A DNA stretch of 64,000 nucleotides from Candidatus Krumholzibacteriota bacterium (GTDB lineage Bacteria; Krumholzibacteriota; Krumholzibacteriia; JAJRXK01), in assembly GCA_963727455.1 (NCBI GenBank), contig CAVSGG010000006.1:1-64000 (forward strand), in the 5' to 3' direction. Shown piece by piece: positions 14,101-25,378 of the stretch; the first letter of the stretch is position 1, and each line of letters starts with the position of its first letter. Made by a program: the position numbers and the translations under genes. The notes beneath the pieces were generated by a model that saw only the letters and a list, made by a program, of their open reading frames with translations, was not told where the DNA came from and ran no database searches.

Positions 14101-16828
14101 CTAGCGAATCAGGGTCGCCTTTTGGCTGCGCGTTGCCCGTTCGCCTGCAAGACGAAGAGTACACGCCCGAGGCCGCGCTGTGACCCGAACCGTCCTTTCC
14201 ATCCCACTGCACGCTGCCTTCGCCCTGGGGAAGGTCCTGGTCGAGCAGCACGCGCACCAACCTTCCTCGCAGATCGTAAATGGAGAGCTTGGCATGTCCG
14301 GCGCGCGCCATCGCATACTTCAAGCTGACCCGCGGGTTGAAGGGATTGGGAACCGGCTCGCGCAGCACCAACTCGCGGCGCGCGGCGGGAGGCGCATGGG
14401 TCGCCACGCCGTTCTCCTGGAAGATGCTCGTGAGAATGGTGTGGATGTTGGCCTTCAGCTCGGGGTGGCTGTAGTAGTAGGGCCTTCCCGCGATGTGGGC
14501 GAAGTGCCCGCCGCTATGCCGCAACAGTCCGCCGCCGGCCGGCTGCCTCCACACCGCAATCGCGCGCGGCACCGAGAAGCTCGTGTCATCCTCCATCAGG
14601 GTCACCGCTTCGGGCTGGTCGTACGTGGTTTCGAAGACCGCGCTCTGATCCTGGGTGCCGATGAGCGGCATGTCCACCAGGCTCGGGTACACCGCGTGCG
14701 CTTGGTTGATGGTGGTGGTGGTGCCTTCGGCGAAGCGAATTCCCGCATAGCTCGCGCGCAGCGGGGGTAGGAAACTCTGCCCGCTACGGCACATGATCAG
14801 GAGGTTGCCACCTTGCTTCAGGTAGCTGAGGATTGAAGCGTCGTTCCACACCGTGAGATCACCCGAGAAGTTGTTTCCCACCCACACCACGGTCGAGAAC
14901 TGTCCCAGTGAGTCGGCCGGAATGTCACCGTTGCCCAGCGGCGTGGGCAACTCGGGGATGTAGCCGCCGCTGGGAGGACTGAACGCATCCCAGAACGAAA
15001 ACGGCAGACCTCCACTCAGGGTGCTGTCGGCGTACTCCGAGGTGATCGTGCTGCCGTAGGTATTCCAGGACACGCCGTTCACCACCAGAATTCCGCGATT
15101 GAAAGTGGGCGACTCGACCTTTTGTTCCACCGTCTTCAGGATCCAGTCGTCCGGATCGAGTTCGACGGACACGGGCTGCGCCGAAGTGCTCAGATGGAAG
15201 GTCTGGGAGAACGCGTTGTTCTCCACCTTGAAGTTTTCCACGCCCGAAGTCGTGGTCACCCGCAAGGGAACCGGCATCTCGTACAGCTTGTCCGACTGGA
15301 GCTGGTCGATGTCCACGGTGAGGTCCCAACTGCCCCCCTGGTCCGTTGCATCCCACGAGTAGGTGTAGGTGGGGTAGTACTCGCCGTAGATCCAGTTCTG
15401 GAAGAAGTTCGAGAGATTGCGTCCGCTGATGCTGGCCGCCAGGGCCTGGAAGTCCTCGGTGGTCGCGGTGCCGTAACGGACCGAGGGATCCGCGGTCCAG
15501 GCGCGCATGATGTCGAAGAAGGTCGTGTCGCCCACCATGCCACGCAGCATGTGCAGGACCCACGAGCCCTTGTTGTAGCTCAGGTTGCTATCGAAAATGC
15601 GCCCCTCGTCGACGAGATCCGCCGGCGGCACGTAGATGGTGCCCGGCCCGTAGTACTTCGTGCCCTCGACTTCGTTGTGGTAGGCGGTAGGTCCGCCGGT
15701 GGCCTCCTGCCACAGTGCTTCGGCGTAGGTGGCAAAGCCCTCGTTTAACCAGATGTGCGAGAAGGAACGGCAGGTGATGGCGTCGCCGTACCACTGGTGC
15801 GCCAATTCGTGCGCCATGACCCAATCCAGAAAGCAACAGATGCTGGTGGCGGTCTGGTGCTCCATTCCGCCGCCCCAGGGAAACTGAGCCTGGTCGTACT
15901 TTTCGTCGACGAAAGGGTACTCGCCGAAGAGCGGTGCGAACGCTTCGAGCTGCGAGACCACGGTATTCACCGCATTCCCGGCCGAGGTGGAACTCCCCAG
16001 GTAACTCCAGGCGTTCACCGGCATCACGGTATTGCCATCCATGGAAGTGTAGTACGCCGTGTGACCGATGTAGCGGTGCACCGCCAGCGAGATGAGATAC
16101 GCGGCGATGGGATGCTTCTCGAACCAGTTGAAGGTCTTCCACACCGTCTGCGTGCTGGTGCTCTGCAGCACTCCGTTGCTGATGGCGGTGAGCGAGCTGG
16201 GCACGGTGAGCTTGATACGGGCGGAGTCGGCCTTGTCCGAAGGCGTGTCCTTGCACGGCCACCAGGTGCGCGCCCCATAGGGTTCGCTCAACGACCAGAT
16301 CATGGGGAAGCCATCCTGGGTGTCGAAGCCGAAGGCTCCCAGGCTCTCGTTGGGGCGTCCGGAGTAATCGACGCTCACCACGAAGCTCTGACCGTTCGTG
16401 TAACTCTGATCGAGATCGATGGAGAGCACACCCGAGCCGTGGGTGAAGGTCGTCGTCGAACCGTTGACCCTCACCGCACCCACGAGCATGGCGCCGTCCA
16501 GATCCATCTCGACCTGGTCGATCGGTCCGTCGACCACGCTGGCCGTCATCTCCACCGTTCCGCTCAAGATGGGAGTGTTCGGATCCAACAAGAGATCGAG
16601 GCTGTAGAAGCCCACGTCGTACTTCGTCTGATTGGTGGACGGAGCCTTGGCGGAGGCGCGCAGAAGATGCAGGGCCTTGGCTTTGCTGGCGGCCTCTTCG
16701 CGGTGAAAGGAGCTACCCGGTGTATCGTCGAACTTTGGCAAGGCCTGCGCCGTGTTCTGAAGCGCGCTCGAAGGTGTGTTCAACAAGAGGACGACAGCAA
16801 GGCTCAGCCAGAGCAGCGCGGGTTTCAT
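14101..16828 (-). CDS. Secreted M1-family aminopeptidase with C-terminal FlgD-Ig/T9SS-like sorting domain (frameshift near 14155)
   Basis: Signal peptide MKPALLWL...; GGMEH; HELAH followed by NEGFA zinc motif; YNKG; C-terminal PNPFNP...IYDLRGRLVR...WDGKD..G...ASGVY; shifted frame ends KATLIR*. Confidence 0.85.
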
Positions 16829-17051
16829 GAAACCTCGATCTTCATGGGGAAGGGAGCTTCGGATCCGTCCGAAAAGCACGTCTACAGGGCATACCCTGAG
16901 GAGTCGCATACGATCCTAACACAAATATGGATAGGAATTCCCTGCCTCCTTTTCAAGGGGGTGGACGCATTGTAGACTTGGGTAAGGAACCGTAATTCAC
17001 GCGCCGTGTTCCCATGAACTCTGCGCGTGGTGAGCGAAAGGAGCTGAGACG

Positions 17052-17480
17052 ATGCAAGTCAAGCGCTGGATGTCACATCCCGTGATCACCGTGCACGAAG
17101 ATTGCCCGGCCGTCTTGGCCTTCCGCAAGATGCTGGAAAATCAGATCCGTAGGCTGCCTGTGGTGGACGAAGACGGAGCCTTGGTGGGACTCGTGGCCGA
17201 CCGCGATCTTCGCGGCCTCGCTCTGCAGGCCATGAACGACAACCCGGAAGCTCATCGTCCCACGGACGCGGAGGTGCGGGTGAAGGACCGCATGACGACC
17301 GAGGTCACCACCGTCAAGCCGGAGGATGACGTTCGCGAGGCTGCCCTGCTCATGCTCTCCAATCGATTCACCGGCCTGCCGGTGATGGACGGGCCCAAGC
17401 TCGTGGGCATGATCACCGTCACCGATCTCATGGAAATCCTGGTCGAGGCCCTGGAAAACAAGGAAAGAGCGCGGGCCTAG
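17052..17480 (+). CDS. CBS-domain pair protein
   Basis: Two CBS repeats (RRLPVVD..LVGLV..RD and GLPVMD..LVGMIT.TD); AAGGAG RBS. Confidence 0.9.
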   Translation: MQVKRWMSHPVITVHEDCPAVLAFRKMLENQIRRLPVVDEDGALVGLVADRDLRGLALQAMNDNPEAHRPTDAEVRVKDRMTTEVTTVKPEDDVREAALLMLSNRFTGLPVMDGPKLVGMITVTDLMEILVEALENKERARA

Positions 17481-17535
17481 AATTCGATCGCTGGGCGTGG
17501 TCATGCGCGCGGCTCTCATGTATCTTCCATCAATC

Positions 17536-18664
17536 ATGGCGACGACCTACAGCAGCGATTCCCGGGTAGACTCGATTCTCCACGCCGCGGTGGATGGCGA
17601 AACCCTCGCCGGCGGCGAGATTCTCTGTCTCTTCGAGGATGCCGAGCTTCACGCTCTGGGAAGGGCGGCGCATGCACTGCGCCTGCGCCGTTGCGATCCC
17701 GAGCACGTCACCTACGTGATCGATCGCAACATCAATTACTCCAACATCTGCTACGTGGACTGCACTTTCTGCGCCTTTTACCGGCACAAGAACGACGAAG
17801 AAGCCTACGTGCTCTCCACCGAGGAACTGCACCGCAAGATCGAAGAGCTGCAGGCGATTGGTGGCTCACAGATCCTGCTGCAGGGGGGACACAATCCCAA
17901 ACTGCCCTTCTCCTGGTACCAGGAAACCCTCGCCGATCTCAAAGCGCACTTTCCGGACATCCACATCCACGGCTTCAGCCCCAGCGAAATCGAGCACTTC
18001 GGCAAGCTCTTCAAGATGCCCACCAAGCAGGTGATCGCCGAATTGCAGGAGGCTGGCCTGGACAGCATTCCCGGTGGAGGAGCGGAAATCCTCAACGATC
18101 GCGTGCGGCAGATTCTGGCGCCGACCAAGGTCAGCGCCTCGCGCTGGTGTGAAATCATGGAGGAAGCGCACTCTTTGGGGATGCGCACCTCGGCCACCAT
18201 GATGTTCGGGCACGTGGAGACGCTCCCCGAGAGGGTCGAGCACCTCTTGCGCATCCGCGAAAGCCAGGCGCGCACCGGCGGCTATACCGCCTTCATCTGC
18301 TGGAGTTTCCAGCCCGGCTACACTCCCATGACCGAGAAGCAGCCCGAACATCTCGCGCAGCTGCCCGTGAGCGCCTTCAAGGGCAGCCAGGACTATCTGC
18401 GCACCCTGGCCATTTCCCGTCTCGCGTTGAACTCCATCGACAACTTCCAGGCTTCCTGGGTCACCCAGGGCAAGAAGATCGGCCAGCTGACCCTCTTCTT
18501 CGGCGCCAACGACCTGGGCTCGACCATGATGGAGGAGAACGTGGTGAGCGAAGCGGGGGTGCGCTTCCGCCTGGGCAAGGAAGAGCTGAACGGCATGATT
18601 CGAGGACGCCGGATTCACGCCCGCCATCCGCGACAACTACTATCGCATCCGCGAAACAGTCTAG
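17536..18664 (+). CDS. mqnC: Cyclic dehypoxanthinyl futalosine synthase (radical SAM, menaquinone futalosine pathway); frameshift near 18600
   Basis: RNINYSNICYVDCTFCAF, LQGG, SIPGGGAEIL, ATMMFG, QASWVTQG, GSTMMEENVV. Shifted frame ends DAGFTPAIRDNYYRIRETV*. Confidence 0.85.
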
Positions 18665-18963
18665 ATCCGAAGCAAATGCACTCAGTGGAGGACACCCAAG
18701 GACGGTTCTCCTCCCGCATTCCCGGCCCCTCGCGCCGAAGATCGCCGCCGCTCCTTTGCGGCCTCCTACGGGCTCAACTCGCTGTCACGCAAGGAGCTAC
18801 ACGGATTTCTCCTCGAGGAGCTCGACTTCGCGCCCCTTCGCGCGGCGCATTCCTCCCCGATGGCACGGCTTGTGATACTTCAAGAGGACGTTGAATGCCC
18901 TGCGAGTCCGAAGCTCTTTCTACCAATCTCGACACGGCTCCGGAAATACTTGGCATACAACAC

Positions 18964-19205
18964 TTTAGGGTGACTTTGGACTTAGCCGGTGAAGACGGAA
19001 GCCCAAAGCCTCCCGGCGTCGACTGTAGCTCAAGGGGGACAGTTGAACCGCCGAGGGGACACCCGAAGAAGGGGCCGTGCTCGCACGGCCAGAAGTTCTC
19101 CGGCCGGGGCGCCGGCCGGAGAAAGTCGTCGAGTCCCCTTGGTGGAAAATGCTTGGTTCATTTCCATGGGAGAGGCCGGTACCCTGCGGGTTGCCGGCCT
19201 TTCCA
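18964..19205 (+). ncRNA. Candidate structured RNA or leader of unknown family
   Basis: At least five consecutive hairpins, including a perfect 12-bp stem (19096-19123). Non-canonical pairs are G-U on the + strand. Confidence 0.4.
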
Positions 19206-19247
19206 TTGCCCGGGGTCGGGATCGGGGATTTCGCAGCGGAGGGTGAG

Positions 19248-19520
19248 ATGCTTTCGATGAAGCTCTTGTGGGTGGCGCTGGCGGTCCTCCTTTTGAATCT
19301 GCCTTTCGGCTACTGGCGGGCGGGCACTGCGAAATTCTCGCGCAACTGGTTTCTCGCGGTGCACTGCCCGGTGCCCCTGGTGGTGGCCCTGAGAATTTTC
19401 TCCGGCCTGGGCTGGCATCTCTCCTCGGTTCCCTTCTTGGTGGCGGCCTTCTTCGGCGGTCAGTTTCTCGGCGGACGCATCGCGCGCCCCAAAGTGCCTC
19501 CTCGCTCCCCCGCGCTCTGA
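19248..19520 (+). CDS. Small membrane protein (hypothetical)
   Basis: GGAGGG RBS; three hydrophobic segments; NLPFGYWR, WFLAVHCPVP and GQFLGG motifs. Confidence 0.7.
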   Translation: MLSMKLLWVALAVLLLNLPFGYWRAGTAKFSRNWFLAVHCPVPLVVALRIFSGLGWHLSSVPFLVAAFFGGQFLGGRIARPKVPPRSPAL

Positions 19521-19656
19521 GCACCCTTCCATCGATCTCCAAACAGCCTCCGCATTGACGCTCCGGCTGCGCGTCTTGCGCACGAGGGCTCCCTGTGCCA
19601 CTTTCAAACGCGGATCTCGCGACTCTTCCTCTCGCGTGCTGTTTCTGGAGGTACTC

Positions 19657-22653
19657 ATGCGTGCGCTTTCACCCTCTCGTTTCGCGGCATTGATCATCCT
19701 TTTGGCGCTCGGTCTCAGCGTCTCCGCGCTTGCCGTGGACACCACCGACACCTGGAACTTTCTCCCCGTCGGCGAGGTCGGGGCCCCCGAATTTCTCGCC
19801 GCCCACCCCAAGTACGACGGACGGGGAGTGGTCATCTTCGTGCTGGATACCGGAGTGGACATGGGGATTCCGGGACTGACCGAGACCTCGACCGGTGAGG
19901 TGAAGGTCATCGGCGCGCGCGATTTTTCCGGCCAGGGGAAGGTCAAGCTGAGGAAGGCGAAATGGGTGAAGGATGAGATGCCGCGCGTGTTGCAGGTCGT
20001 CGATGGTCTCAGACTGGAGGGACTCGATGCCTTGCCGGTGGCCCCCTCGGACACCAACGAGGTCTGGACGGGAGTTCTGAAGGAATCGGAATTCCTCAAC
20101 AGCGAGAGCATCACTGATCTGAACGACAACGGCACCACCGACGACCAGTGGGGCATCGTGGTGTATTCCGCGCCCCGCGGCGCGGTGGAGGCAAAGCTGG
20201 GTGAGGGGCGTGGAGTCACCCTGCGCAAGTCCTGGGGCAAGGACGCCGCGGCCGCGGAGGCCAAGGCTGACGCGAGCAAGAAGGTGTGGCTCTGCGTGAT
20301 CGACGTCGACCGCGACGGCCATCTCGATGACGAGACCCTTCTGCGCGACTACACGACCGACTTCCAGACCATTCACTTCCGCGACGAGTCGGTCAAGGAG
20401 AGCCGCGATCGCATGAGCTTCGCGATCGACCTCACCGGCGACGATACGCCGCACTTGAATTTGCATCACGACGACGGGGGGCACGGCAGCCACGTTTCGG
20501 GAATGGCCTCCGGATTTTCCGTGCACGGTCAGAAGGGGCTCAATGGCGTCGCGCCGGGCGCGTACGTCTATAGCCTGAAAATCGGCGACAATCTGCTCGC
20601 CGGCGGAAGCACGACGACCGAATCCATGAAGAAAGCTTACGACTACGCCGCGAAATGGATGGACGAATACAAGATGCCCTGCGTCATCAACATGAGCTAC
20701 GGCATCGACAGCGAGATCGAGGGCGACGCGAGCATGGAGAGGTACCTCGACAAGCTTCTCGACGATCATTCGCGTCTGGTCATCGTGAACAGCGCGGGCA
20801 ACAGCGGCCCCGGCATCTCCACCGTGGGTCTTCCCGCCTCGGCGGACGGGGTCATCGCGGCCGGCGCGCTCTTCACCAGGGCCATGGCCAAGGACCTCTA
20901 TGGCGCCAGCTTCCCGCAGGATCAGCTCTACGTGTTCAGCAGCCGCGGAGGGGAAGTAGCCAAGCCCGACGTGGTGGCGCCGGGAGGAGCGAGCAGCACC
21001 GTGCCCCTGTGGGGAGATCGCGACCGTTACAACGGCACCAGCATGGCTTCACCCATGACCACGGGCAGCGTGGCCTGCATTCTCTCGGGCCTGGCCCAGG
21101 AGGGGAAGAGCTGGAACTTCGGAACCATCCAGCGCGCGCTGCGGCACACGGGCAAGCGGCTCCCCGGCTACACGCCCATCGAAGTAGGCGGTGGAGTGGT
21201 TGACATCTCGAGCGCCTTCGCCGCGGCCAGCGCTTATTCCGACGCGGGCGAGCCCGATGAGTTGAGCGTGATCAAGATTCGCACGGAAGCGCCCTTCCAG
21301 CCCGACGGAAAGGCGCCGGCCGCCTACTGGCGCGGCGGATGGTATCCCCACGATGGCTACGATCAGACCTTCACCATCAGCCCGCGCTTTCCCGATTGGT
21401 TGAGCAACGACAAGCGGAACAAGTTCTACCGCGCGTGGAATTTGAAAACCGATTCGTCCTGGATCCATCTGGACCGCGGCGAGACCTACATCAACGGGAA
21501 CGCCGATCAGACCATCCGTGCTTCCTACTCCGGCAAGGAACTCGACGAACCCGGTCTGCACGTGGGCCGCATCTTCGCCAGTTCGAAGGGCAAGGGACGC
21601 TCCGGGAACGCCGCGTACGATTTCGAGATCGTGGTGACGGTGGTGACGCCTTACACCTTTGGGCCCGAAGAGGGCTACACGCGCAGCTGGCAAGGGCGCA
21701 CTCTTCAGGCCGGCGGCGTCGAGCACTACTTCTTGCGAATTCCCGCCGGCGCGACCGCGATGCACGCGAAGCTGGAGATTCCCCAGGGGAAGGAGGGCCT
21801 CGCCTGGCCCGTGTTCTACGACAATGCGGGACACGAACGGGGATATTTCCAGGGCGTGGCCGACAGCCGGGGCGAGCGCTCCGTGGAATATGACTTCAGT
21901 GGTGAGGATCTCACGCCCGGCGTGTGGGAACTCGTCGCGCGTGGTTCGCGCAGCCAGGCCCGGTCCTCTGTCTATGATCTCAGCGTGGACTTCACCGCCT
22001 TCGCGGCCGAGCCCGCGAGCATCGAGAGCATGGATTTCGACGCACCTGCGTCCTCGCCCACGACAAAACTCACCATCACGCCGCTCTTCGACGATGTCTT
22101 CACAGCCCGTCTCGAGGGCAGCATCGATTCCTATCGGCGCGAACGGAAGATCGAGGTGAAGAACGACGACGAGTGGAGCTACGACTTCGAGCTCTCCGAG
22201 GACGTTCCCAGCGTCGATTTCGAACTGGAGATGAGCCGCGAGGTCTACAACCTGATGACCGACATCCCGGTGAACATCTACGATTCCTCGGGGAAGGCCG
22301 TGGTCGTCGACGGCTTCAACCAGCGCGATCTGAGGATCGGCCTGCACAACGCTTCTCCCGGCAGCTATACCCTGAGGGTCGACGCCGGTTTCGCGATGGC
22401 CAAGGACGAGGCCGATTGGGGTTTTGACCTGACGGAGGATTTCCATCTCGCGAAGAGAGTACGTCTGGAGGGAAAGGTGCGGGACAAGTCGCGATTCCGT
22501 GTCTATCCCGAGGCGCAGCTCCCAGTGGAAGTCTCGGCGGACGGAACCCCGCCCATGGCGCCGGACGGATTCGTGAACAGTGGCGCACTCAACTTGCTGG
22601 ATACCGCGGATGACGCGGTCAAGCTCAAGATTCCCGTGCGACTCTCGCGCTAG
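19657..22653 (+). CDS. Secreted S8 subtilase, tripeptidyl-peptidase-II-like
   Basis: GGAGG RBS and signal peptide; catalytic motifs VLDTGVD, HGSHVSG, NSAGNSGP and GTSMASP; AAHPKYDGRGV and FSSRG; long insert between the Asp and His motifs. Confidence 0.85.
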   Translation: MRALSPSRFAALIILLALGLSVSALAVDTTDTWNFLPVGEVGAPEFLAAHPKYDGRGVVIFVLDTGVDMGIPGLTETSTGEVKVIGARDFSGQGKVKLRKAKWVKDEMPRVLQVVDGLRLEGLDALPVAPSDTNEVWTGVLKESEFLNSESITDLNDNGTTDDQWGIVVYSAPRGAVEAKLGEGRGVTLRKSWGKDAAAAEAKADASKKVWLCVIDVDRDGHLDDETLLRDYTTDFQTIHFRDESVKESRDRMSFAIDLTGDDTPHLNLHHDDGGHGSHVSGMASGFSVHGQKGLNGVAPGAYVYSLKIGDNLLAGGSTTTESMKKAYDYAAKWMDEYKMPCVINMSYGIDSEIEGDASMERYLDKLLDDHSRLVIVNSAGNSGPGISTVGLPASADGVIAAGALFTRAMAKDLYGASFPQDQLYVFSSRGGEVAKPDVVAPGGASSTVPLWGDRDRYNGTSMASPMTTGSVACILSGLAQEGKSWNFGTIQRALRHTGKRLPGYTPIEVGGGVVDISSAFAAASAYSDAGEPDELSVIKIRTEAPFQPDGKAPAAYWRGGWYPHDGYDQTFTISPRFPDWLSNDKRNKFYRAWNLKTDSSWIHLDRGETYINGNADQTIRASYSGKELDEPGLHVGRIFASSKGKGRSGNAAYDFEIVVTVVTPYTFGPEEGYTRSWQGRTLQAGGVEHYFLRIPAGATAMHAKLEIPQGKEGLAWPVFYDNAGHERGYFQGVADSRGERSVEYDFSGEDLTPGVWELVARGSRSQARSSVYDLSVDFTAFAAEPASIESMDFDAPASSPTTKLTITPLFDDVFTARLEGSIDSYRRERKIEVKNDDEWSYDFELSEDVPSVDFELEMSREVYNLMTDIPVNIYDSSGKAVVVDGFNQRDLRIGLHNASPGSYTLRVDAGFAMAKDEADWGFDLTEDFHLAKRVRLEGKVRDKSRFRVYPEAQLPVEVSADGTPPMAPDGFVNSGALNLLDTADDAVKLKIPVRLSR

Positions 22654-22670
22654 CAGGCTAGACTTGATCT

Positions 22671-22703
22671 GAGACGGGGCGGGCCCCGCTCCGTCTCTTC
22701 TTT
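22671..22703 (+). terminator. Rho-independent terminator
   Basis: GAGACGGGGCGG/CCGCTCCGTCTC stem followed by TTCTTT, just after the S8 stop codon. Confidence 0.7.
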
Positions 22704-22762
22704 ACCGTCTCCCGGACGCGGCCGCCCGCTCGTCCGGACTTCTGCCCGTGGAGGTGACAACG

Positions 22763-23476
22763 ATGTCGGGCCGCGGCAAGTTGATAACAGGTCCCATTCT
22801 CATTCTGATCGGCATCCTGCTGCTGGTGGGACATTCCATTCGTTGGCACGCCTTCAGTGTGCTCTGGCTGCTTCTGCTCTTCGCGGCCGGCGCGGCTCTT
22901 CTGGTGCTGTTTTCTCGCGGACGCAGGGAAGCAGCCATCCTCAGCGGCGGCGTGCTCATCACTCTTCTGGCCCTTCACTTCTTCATGCTGCGCATCGGCT
23001 GGGTCGGATTTCACGCCTCCTGGCCCTTCATTCTGCTCGCACCGGGATTGGCCCTTCTCTCGGTCGCCGCCTCGGACCGGCAGAACAAGGATGCCCTGGG
23101 GCCGGCGATCACTCTCATCAGCATCTCCGTCGTCTGTTACCTCTTCACCCTGGGAATTCTCGCGGGCATCGTGAAGCTGCTGTTGGGAATCCTGAGATTC
23201 CTCGTGCGCTATCTGCTGCCGCTGGGACTCATCGCCTGGGGGATCTTGATGCTGGTGGAACGGCGCGGTGAGAAGATCTCCACCCCGGACGAACTCACGC
23301 CCGAGCCGGTTCCTGTCGCTCCGGTCGAGAAGGTCGAGCCCGCCGACCCCCTGGAAGACGAAGAGGTCGAGGAAGCGGAAGAAGTCGAGGACGTGGAGAT
23401 GATGGACGAAGCGGCTGAAGACAGTACCGACGACGAATCGGGCAGCGACGAGGAGCCGGGTCCCAGGTACTACTGA
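22763..23476 (+). CDS. Multi-pass membrane protein (LiaF/DUF5668-like repeats) with acidic C-terminal tail
   Basis: GGAGGTG RBS; about six TM segments; 'ILILIGILLL' and 'WPFILLAPG' patterns; D/E-rich tail. Confidence 0.7.
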   Translation: MSGRGKLITGPILILIGILLLVGHSIRWHAFSVLWLLLLFAAGAALLVLFSRGRREAAILSGGVLITLLALHFFMLRIGWVGFHASWPFILLAPGLALLSVAASDRQNKDALGPAITLISISVVCYLFTLGILAGIVKLLLGILRFLVRYLLPLGLIAWGILMLVERRGEKISTPDELTPEPVPVAPVEKVEPADPLEDEEVEEAEEVEDVEMMDEAAEDSTDDESGSDEEPGPRYY

Positions 23477-23529
23477 GGAAGCCGGGTCCGAAATACGCGG
23501 AGTCTCTTCAGCTGTGGCCCTTTCCATAG

Positions 23530-23566
23530 CGGCGCGGTGGACCAGCTTCACCGCGCCGTCTTCTTG
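23530..23566 (+). terminator. Hairpin terminator between convergent genes
   Basis: CGGCGCGGTGGA/TTCACCGCGCCG stem followed by TCTTCTT. Confidence 0.55.
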
Positions 23567-23572
23567 TGCGCC

Positions 23573-24662
23573 TCAGGGCAAGAACGCGCGCGTGTTGGCC
23601 AGCTTCTTGGGCAGATACTCATCCATGACGTAGTTCAGCCCGTGCTTGGCCAGAGCCTGTTGCTCCACGCGCACTCCCATCTTGATGAGCTGCGTGATGG
23701 CCTTCTGCCAGGGCTTGTGGTGCCGGATGAAGGGGTCGTTCTTGAGCGCGTCCTTCGCGCGCTTGACGTCGACGTCCTTCAGCGGGTGCGTGGGCAGCTT
23801 GTAGTCGATGATGTCCTGCGGGGTCACGCCCAGGAAGTGGGCCTGGGGCACGCAGAAGAACTCGTTGAGATGCGCCGCGTTGCCCGAGCCCACCTTGAGC
23901 GTGCGGTAGATGTTGCCGTATGCCGTAGGGATCGCCGTCGACGAACACGTACACCGGGATCTTGCGCTCATCGCTGAGGCGGCGGATGAAACGGCGGCAG
24001 GCGCGCGTGGGAACTCCACCCATGCTGATGAGAATGCAGTTCGCGGTCCGCCACCACGAATGCTTCACCAGTCGCTGGAACATGCCGGCGGTCTCGATGG
24101 CGAGGATGAACTTCGCCTTGGTCTCGAACTTCAGGTCCTCCACCGAGGAGGGGATACTGTAGGCCCCGCTCCCGAAGCGGGTGCAGTCGATGCGGAGCTC
24201 CTCGCCGGTTTCGCGGTCGCGATCGATGACGACCAGTTCGCCCGCGACGTCGCCGCCCTTCTCCTCGGGAATGAAGCCGAGTTGCTCGCGGTTCACCCGA
24301 AAGAGAGCCTCGACGTCATCCATCACCGTATCGCTCTCCGTCTGCTCGTTGAAGCGCGCGTCGTCCCAGTTTTTCGAGACGTAGTAGGCCTCACGTTTGG
24401 TGGCGATGTCGTCGGTTTCCACCAGCTGCTTGCAGAGGGACATCATGCGGAGGCTCTGGGCGAAGGTCTTCACCGTGTTCACGGTGAGGGTGCGTTCCTT
24501 CGTCTTGCCCCGCATCTGGAAGTAGCCCTTCGCTGGCCGGTAAGTCACGTTGGCAAGACTGCGTACCGGCATTTTTAGCGAGGGGCTCTCCCGCGCCAGA
24601 ATTTTTTGGTGGATGTCCTTTGCTTCACTCTTGATGAGGCTCGAGACCTTCTTTTTCGCCAT
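23573..24662 (-). CDS. top6A: DNA topoisomerase VI subunit A (Spo11-like); frameshift near 23920
   Basis: TKREAYY (catalytic Tyr), FNEQTESD, TOPRIM motifs AIETAG and DGDPYG; shifted frame continues LKVGSG...EQQAL. Confidence 0.9.
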
Positions 24663-24676
24663 CGATCAACTTCCTC

Positions 24677-25333
24677 CTAACGCAACCACTCGTCCAGGGC
24701 CGTGACGGCATTCTCGATTCCCGCCTGCACTTCGTGAACTTGCGCTTTGTACATGTAGGCCGGCGTGGTGACGATCTTGTGCTCGAGGTCGACGACGCAA
24801 GCGTCGACCACGCAGTCGACGTGCTTGGCTCCCATGCTCTCCAAGGCCTTCGCGGTGGCTGGATCGTTGCCGATGGTGAGTTGCACGCTCGGATCGCCGC
24901 GCAAAGTCGCAGCCAAAAGAGCGGGGGCGATGCACCAGGCCCCGACGGGTTTGCCGGATTCCACGATGGAGCGGATGAGCTTGCCGACTTCGGGCTGAAC
25001 TTGACAGTCGGCGCCCTTCTCGGCGAAGTCACAGAGATTCAGCGCGGCCCCGAAGCCGCCCGGCATGATCAGAGCATCGAGTTCGCCCGCTTCCTCTGGA
25101 GTCTTTGGCGCGCCGCGGAAGATGCGGGCCGCCTCTTCTGAAACGTTGCGCGTTTCGTCCTTCATGGTCTGCATGGACTTGTGGTTCGTGACGTGATGTT
25201 GTGGCATGTCTGGCGCGATGGGGACGATCTCGTGCCCCCGTTTCGAAAGCGCCAAGAGGGTGAACACCGATTCCTGAATCTCCGCGCCATCTTGAAAGCC
25301 GCATCCCGAGATCATTACTCCAACTCTTGCCAT
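24677..25333 (-). CDS. elbB: ElbB/ES1-family glyoxalase (DJ-1/PfpI superfamily)
   Basis: [29 protein letters not shown] (nucleophilic Cys), VTTPAYM. Confidence 0.9.
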   Translation of the reverse strand: MARVGVMISGCGFQDGAEIQESVFTLLALSKRGHEIVPIAPDMPQHHVTNHKSMQTMKDETRNVSEEAARIFRGAPKTPEEAGELDALIMPGGFGAALNLCDFAEKGADCQVQPEVGKLIRSIVESGKPVGAWCIAPALLAATLRGDPSVQLTIGNDPATAKALESMGAKHVDCVVDACVVDLEHKIVTTPAYMYKAQVHEVQAGIENAVTALDEWLR

Positions 25334-25378
25334 GGCTGTTCCTCCCTTGCAATCGATGCGGGCCGGCCCGCCTTCCCG

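Noticed and set aside
18984-19030. Cobalamin-riboswitch-like GCCGGTGAA...ACTGTA
   Set aside because: It lacks the preceding AGGGAA and the B12 box; kept only as an unassigned structured RNA candidate.
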